This document shows positions 62,017 through 64,000 of a stretch of DNA of 64,000 nt, piece after piece. The notes under the pieces were generated by a model that was not told the DNA's origin, ran no database searches, and saw only the letters and a list, made by a program, of their open reading frames with translations. Position 1 is the first letter of the stretch. Every line of letters starts with the position of its first letter. The DNA is taken from positions 6,025 to 70,024 of the forward strand of contig JBBQJC010000011.1 in the NCBI GenBank assembly GCA_038325515.1, given 5' to 3'. The DNA is from Gemmatimonadales bacterium (lineage in GTDB: Bacteria > Gemmatimonadota > Gemmatimonadetes > Gemmatimonadales > Gemmatimonadaceae). Both the position numbers and the translations under genes were made by a program.

Positions 62017-62354
62017 CCGCTCGGCGAAGGGTGCCCCTGGCGTGGAGAACACCGCAAGAGCTCCCGCTTTTCCCACCGTGCCAACACGCTCGCCCGCTCG
62101 GACGTTTGCGGACGTGCCCACTTCGAGGCCCCGAATTCCGGGTTGCATCCTGCGCTTGGCCTGACGCTGGTTCTGGCCGTTGAGGTATTCGCCCCGAGGA
62201 CGACGTGCACGAGTCGCTGCTGCACTCGCGGAGGATCGACATCTGCTTCCGGGGCAGCGACTTCCTGCAGCGGCTCGCGTGGGAGAAGCAGGGGGCTCCG
62301 GTGGCGGCAGCGGGCAGATAGGCGCTCGACAGGTCCGCGAGACGCCGGCGCGCG

Positions 62355-63275
62355 TCAGGCGCTCGCCCCCTCGGCAAGCTGCGCGGCACATTCCTCCCGG
62401 ACGCACCCGCGCAGCCACCGGTGCGCCGGATCGGCGTCCATGCGTGGATGCCAGAGCAGGGAGACCGTGATCTCCGGCAACGACACCGGAAGGGGAAAGC
62501 TGAACATCCCGACGCGCAGCTTCCCGGTATGCCGCTCGGGCACGCTGGCGATCAGGTCGGACGCGCGCGCCAGGGCCAGCGCCGCGGAGAACCCGCCGAC
62601 GATCGTGGCGATCCTCCGCTTGAGCCCGAGCGGCTTCAACAGCGCGTCGATCGGCCCCTCCTCCAGCCCGCGCCGAGAGGCGAGGACGTGCCGGCCGGCC
62701 GCGTAGCGGGCGGCGGTGATCCTCCCCCTGCTCAGCGGATTCCCCTGCCGCACGACGCCGACGAACCGGTCCCTGAACAGGCCGTGTGCGCGGATCTCGG
62801 GACTCATCGCCTCCCCTTTCCCCACGACCCCCACTTCCAGGTCGACGCGCCCGTCGCGCAGCGGCGCGCTCCCTCTGTCCCCCCTGCTCGTGAAGCGCAA
62901 CCGCACGCCCGGCGCCGCTCCGCCCACGCGCGCGATGAGCCCCGCTCCGAAGTTCTCCACGAAGCCCTCGCTCGCGCGCAGCGTGAACGTCCCGACGAGC
63001 CGATCCAGCTGGAGCCGCTCGGCGGGGCGCAGGATGGCGTGCGCCTCCTGCACCACCTGGCCAACCCGATCGCGGAGCTCGAGCGCCCGAGGGGTGGGCA
63101 CGAGACCGCGACCCGCCCTCACCAGCAGCGGATCGCCCGTCGTGTCGCGCAACCGCGCCAGCGCGCGGCTCATCGCCGAGGGGCTGAGCCGCAGCCGCCG
63201 CGCCGCGCGCGCGACGCTGCCTTCGGCGAGCAGCACGTCGAGAGTGGTGAGCAAGTTGAGGTCGTGCGTCGGCAT
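62355..63275 (-). CDS. LysR-family transcriptional regulator
   Basis: Start 'MPTHDLNLLTTLDVLLAEGSVARAARRLRLSPSAMSRALARLR' (LysR HTH). Divergent from the MFS gene. Confidence 0.85.
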   Translation of the reverse strand: MPTHDLNLLTTLDVLLAEGSVARAARRLRLSPSAMSRALARLRDTTGDPLLVRAGRGLVPTPRALELRDRVGQVVQEAHAILRPAERLQLDRLVGTFTLRASEGFVENFGAGLIARVGGAAPGVRLRFTSRGDRGSAPLRDGRVDLEVGVVGKGEAMSPEIRAHGLFRDRFVGVVRQGNPLSRGRITAARYAAGRHVLASRRGLEEGPIDALLKPLGLKRRIATIVGGFSAALALARASDLIASVPERHTGKLRVGMFSFPLPVSLPEITVSLLWHPRMDADPAHRWLRGCVREECAAQLAEGASA

Positions 63276-63414
63276 GAATCCCCCGCGGCGGGTGTGATCG
63301 GCATACATGGCGTTCGACGCACGAATACAATGCGTTCGGTGCGCGTTCCGCCATGGCTCGCGCGGCACTACCCTCGTACATGCTCCAATCCCGGAGCCAT
63401 CCCAGGGGGAGCCC

Positions 63415-64000
63415 ATGCCGACACGAATCATCGAACCAGCTGGCGGATCAGAGTCCGGCGAGGCGACGCTGTCGCCGCCGGTACGGTGGGCGCTGGCCAG
63501 CCTCTCGCTGTCCATGCTCATGCCGTCGCTCGACACGAGCATCGCCAACGTGGGCCTGCCGACGCTGGCCCAGGCGTTCGGCGCCTCCTTCCAGGCCGTG
63601 CAGTGGATCGTCCTCGCCTACCTCCTCGCGATCACCACCCTGATCGTCAGCGCCGGGCGACTCGGCGACATCGTCGGCCGCAGGCGGTTGCTGCTGTTCG
63701 GCATCGGCTTGTTCACGGCGGCCTCGCTGCTGTGCGGCGTCGCACCCACCCTCTCGCTGCTCGTCGCCGCGCGGGCGGCGCAGGGACTCGGCGCGGCGAT
63801 CATGATGGCCCTCACCATGGCCCTCGTCGGCGAGACCGTTCCCAGGGAGAGAACCGGCAGCGCGATGGGGCTCCTCGGGACGATGTCCGCCATCGGCACC
63901 ACGCTCGGCCCGTCGCTCGGCGGCGTCCTGATCGCCGCCTTCGGCTGGCGGATGATCTTCCTCGTCAACCTGCCGCTGGGTATCCTGAATCTCCTGCTCG
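63415..64000 (+). CDS. MFS transporter, DHA2 (EmrB/QacA-like) family; 3' end outside the window
   Basis: My own translation from the ATG at 63415: '...LSMLMPSLDTSIANVGLPTLAQAFGASFQAVQWIVLAYLLAITTLIVSAGRLGDIVGRRRLLLFG...AARAAQGLGAAIMMAL...'. It stays open to the window end. Confidence 0.85.
   Translation, partial: MPTRIIEPAGGSESGEATLSPPVRWALASLSLSMLMPSLDTSIANVGLPTLAQAFGASFQAVQWIVLAYLLAITTLIVSAGRLGDIVGRRRLLLFGIGLFTAASLLCGVAPTLSLLVAARAAQGLGAAIMMALTMALVGETVPRERTGSAMGLLGTMSAIGTTLGPSLGGVLIAAFGWRMIFLVNLPLGILNLLL

Noticed and set aside
62143-62706. 187-aa plus-strand ORF after lanM whose N-terminus is Cys/Ser/Thr-rich ('TTCTSRCCTRGGSTSASGAATSCSGS') and superficially resembles a second lanthipeptide core.
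   Set aside because: It has lower third-position GC than the competing frame at 62184..62321, and no leader-like region. Most of the ORF is antisense to the LysR gene.
1-64000. tRNA, rRNA, riboswitch or integrase/transposase genes.
   Set aside because: None was recognised by eye in the intergenic regions or ORF translations. A tRNAscan/Infernal run would be needed to exclude small RNAs formally.

Overview
High-GC bacterial chromosomal segment. Hand counts on single 60-nt lines give about 75-78% GC in ordinary genes. It is densely coding on both strands, and I can support about 60 protein-coding genes. I recognised no rRNA, tRNA or CRISPR array. FadL-type porin, lipoboxes, Tat signals, ECF42 sigma factors, BTAD-TM regulators, DUF5916 and GxxExxY genes suggest a Gram-negative soil bacterium, possibly Gemmatimonadota-like. 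That taxonomic guess is inference only. Most long ORFs in the six-frame track are antisense or alternate-frame shadows of real genes, which is typical at this GC. Housekeeping and accessory content, left to right: beta-lactamase-family hydrolase, DUF59/SufT-like protein, a run of secreted peptidases (M28, S51, M1), two paralogous DGPF/YciI + ECF42 sigma modules, a FadL-like porin, and an SQR-like/TusE-DsrC/DsrE-like sulfur trio. Then come a 999-aa LAL (AAA+ LuxR) regulator, a PQQ quinoprotein dehydrogenase, an ABC-F ATPase, a Ser/Thr kinase, and assorted DinB, VOC, cupin, SDR and methyltransferase genes. Most interesting: (1) At 58.3-62.0 kb there is a two-gene class II lanthipeptide locus, an NHLP-leader LanA plus LanM, with no LanT, LanP or immunity gene nearby. 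The LanA ORF, read from its Shine-Dalgarno-supported ATG, carries a near-consensus twin-arginine (Tat) signal peptide in front of the NHLP leader. I do not know this precursor architecture as described, and it would explain the missing exporter. (2) At about 49.3-52.1 kb lies a low-GC island (about 50%) with an overlapping XRE-ImmA/IrrE + DUF4411 (PIN-like) pair, an orphan HicB and a decayed gene. (3) A REP-like palindromic element family occurs at 5 loci. Two loci are expanded into 27-nt half-unit arrays that sit exactly at the broken ends of a truncated DUF5916 gene and a frameshifted VapC. (4) A (CGGCAACC)12(CGGCAACA)5 octamer array and a 15-mer array lie upstream of the PQQ dehydrogenase. 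Both give canonical G-quadruplex motifs on the coding strand. Several pseudogenes and recoding candidates are also noted. All family calls rest on motif and pattern recognition from the translated ORFs. No database search was possible.
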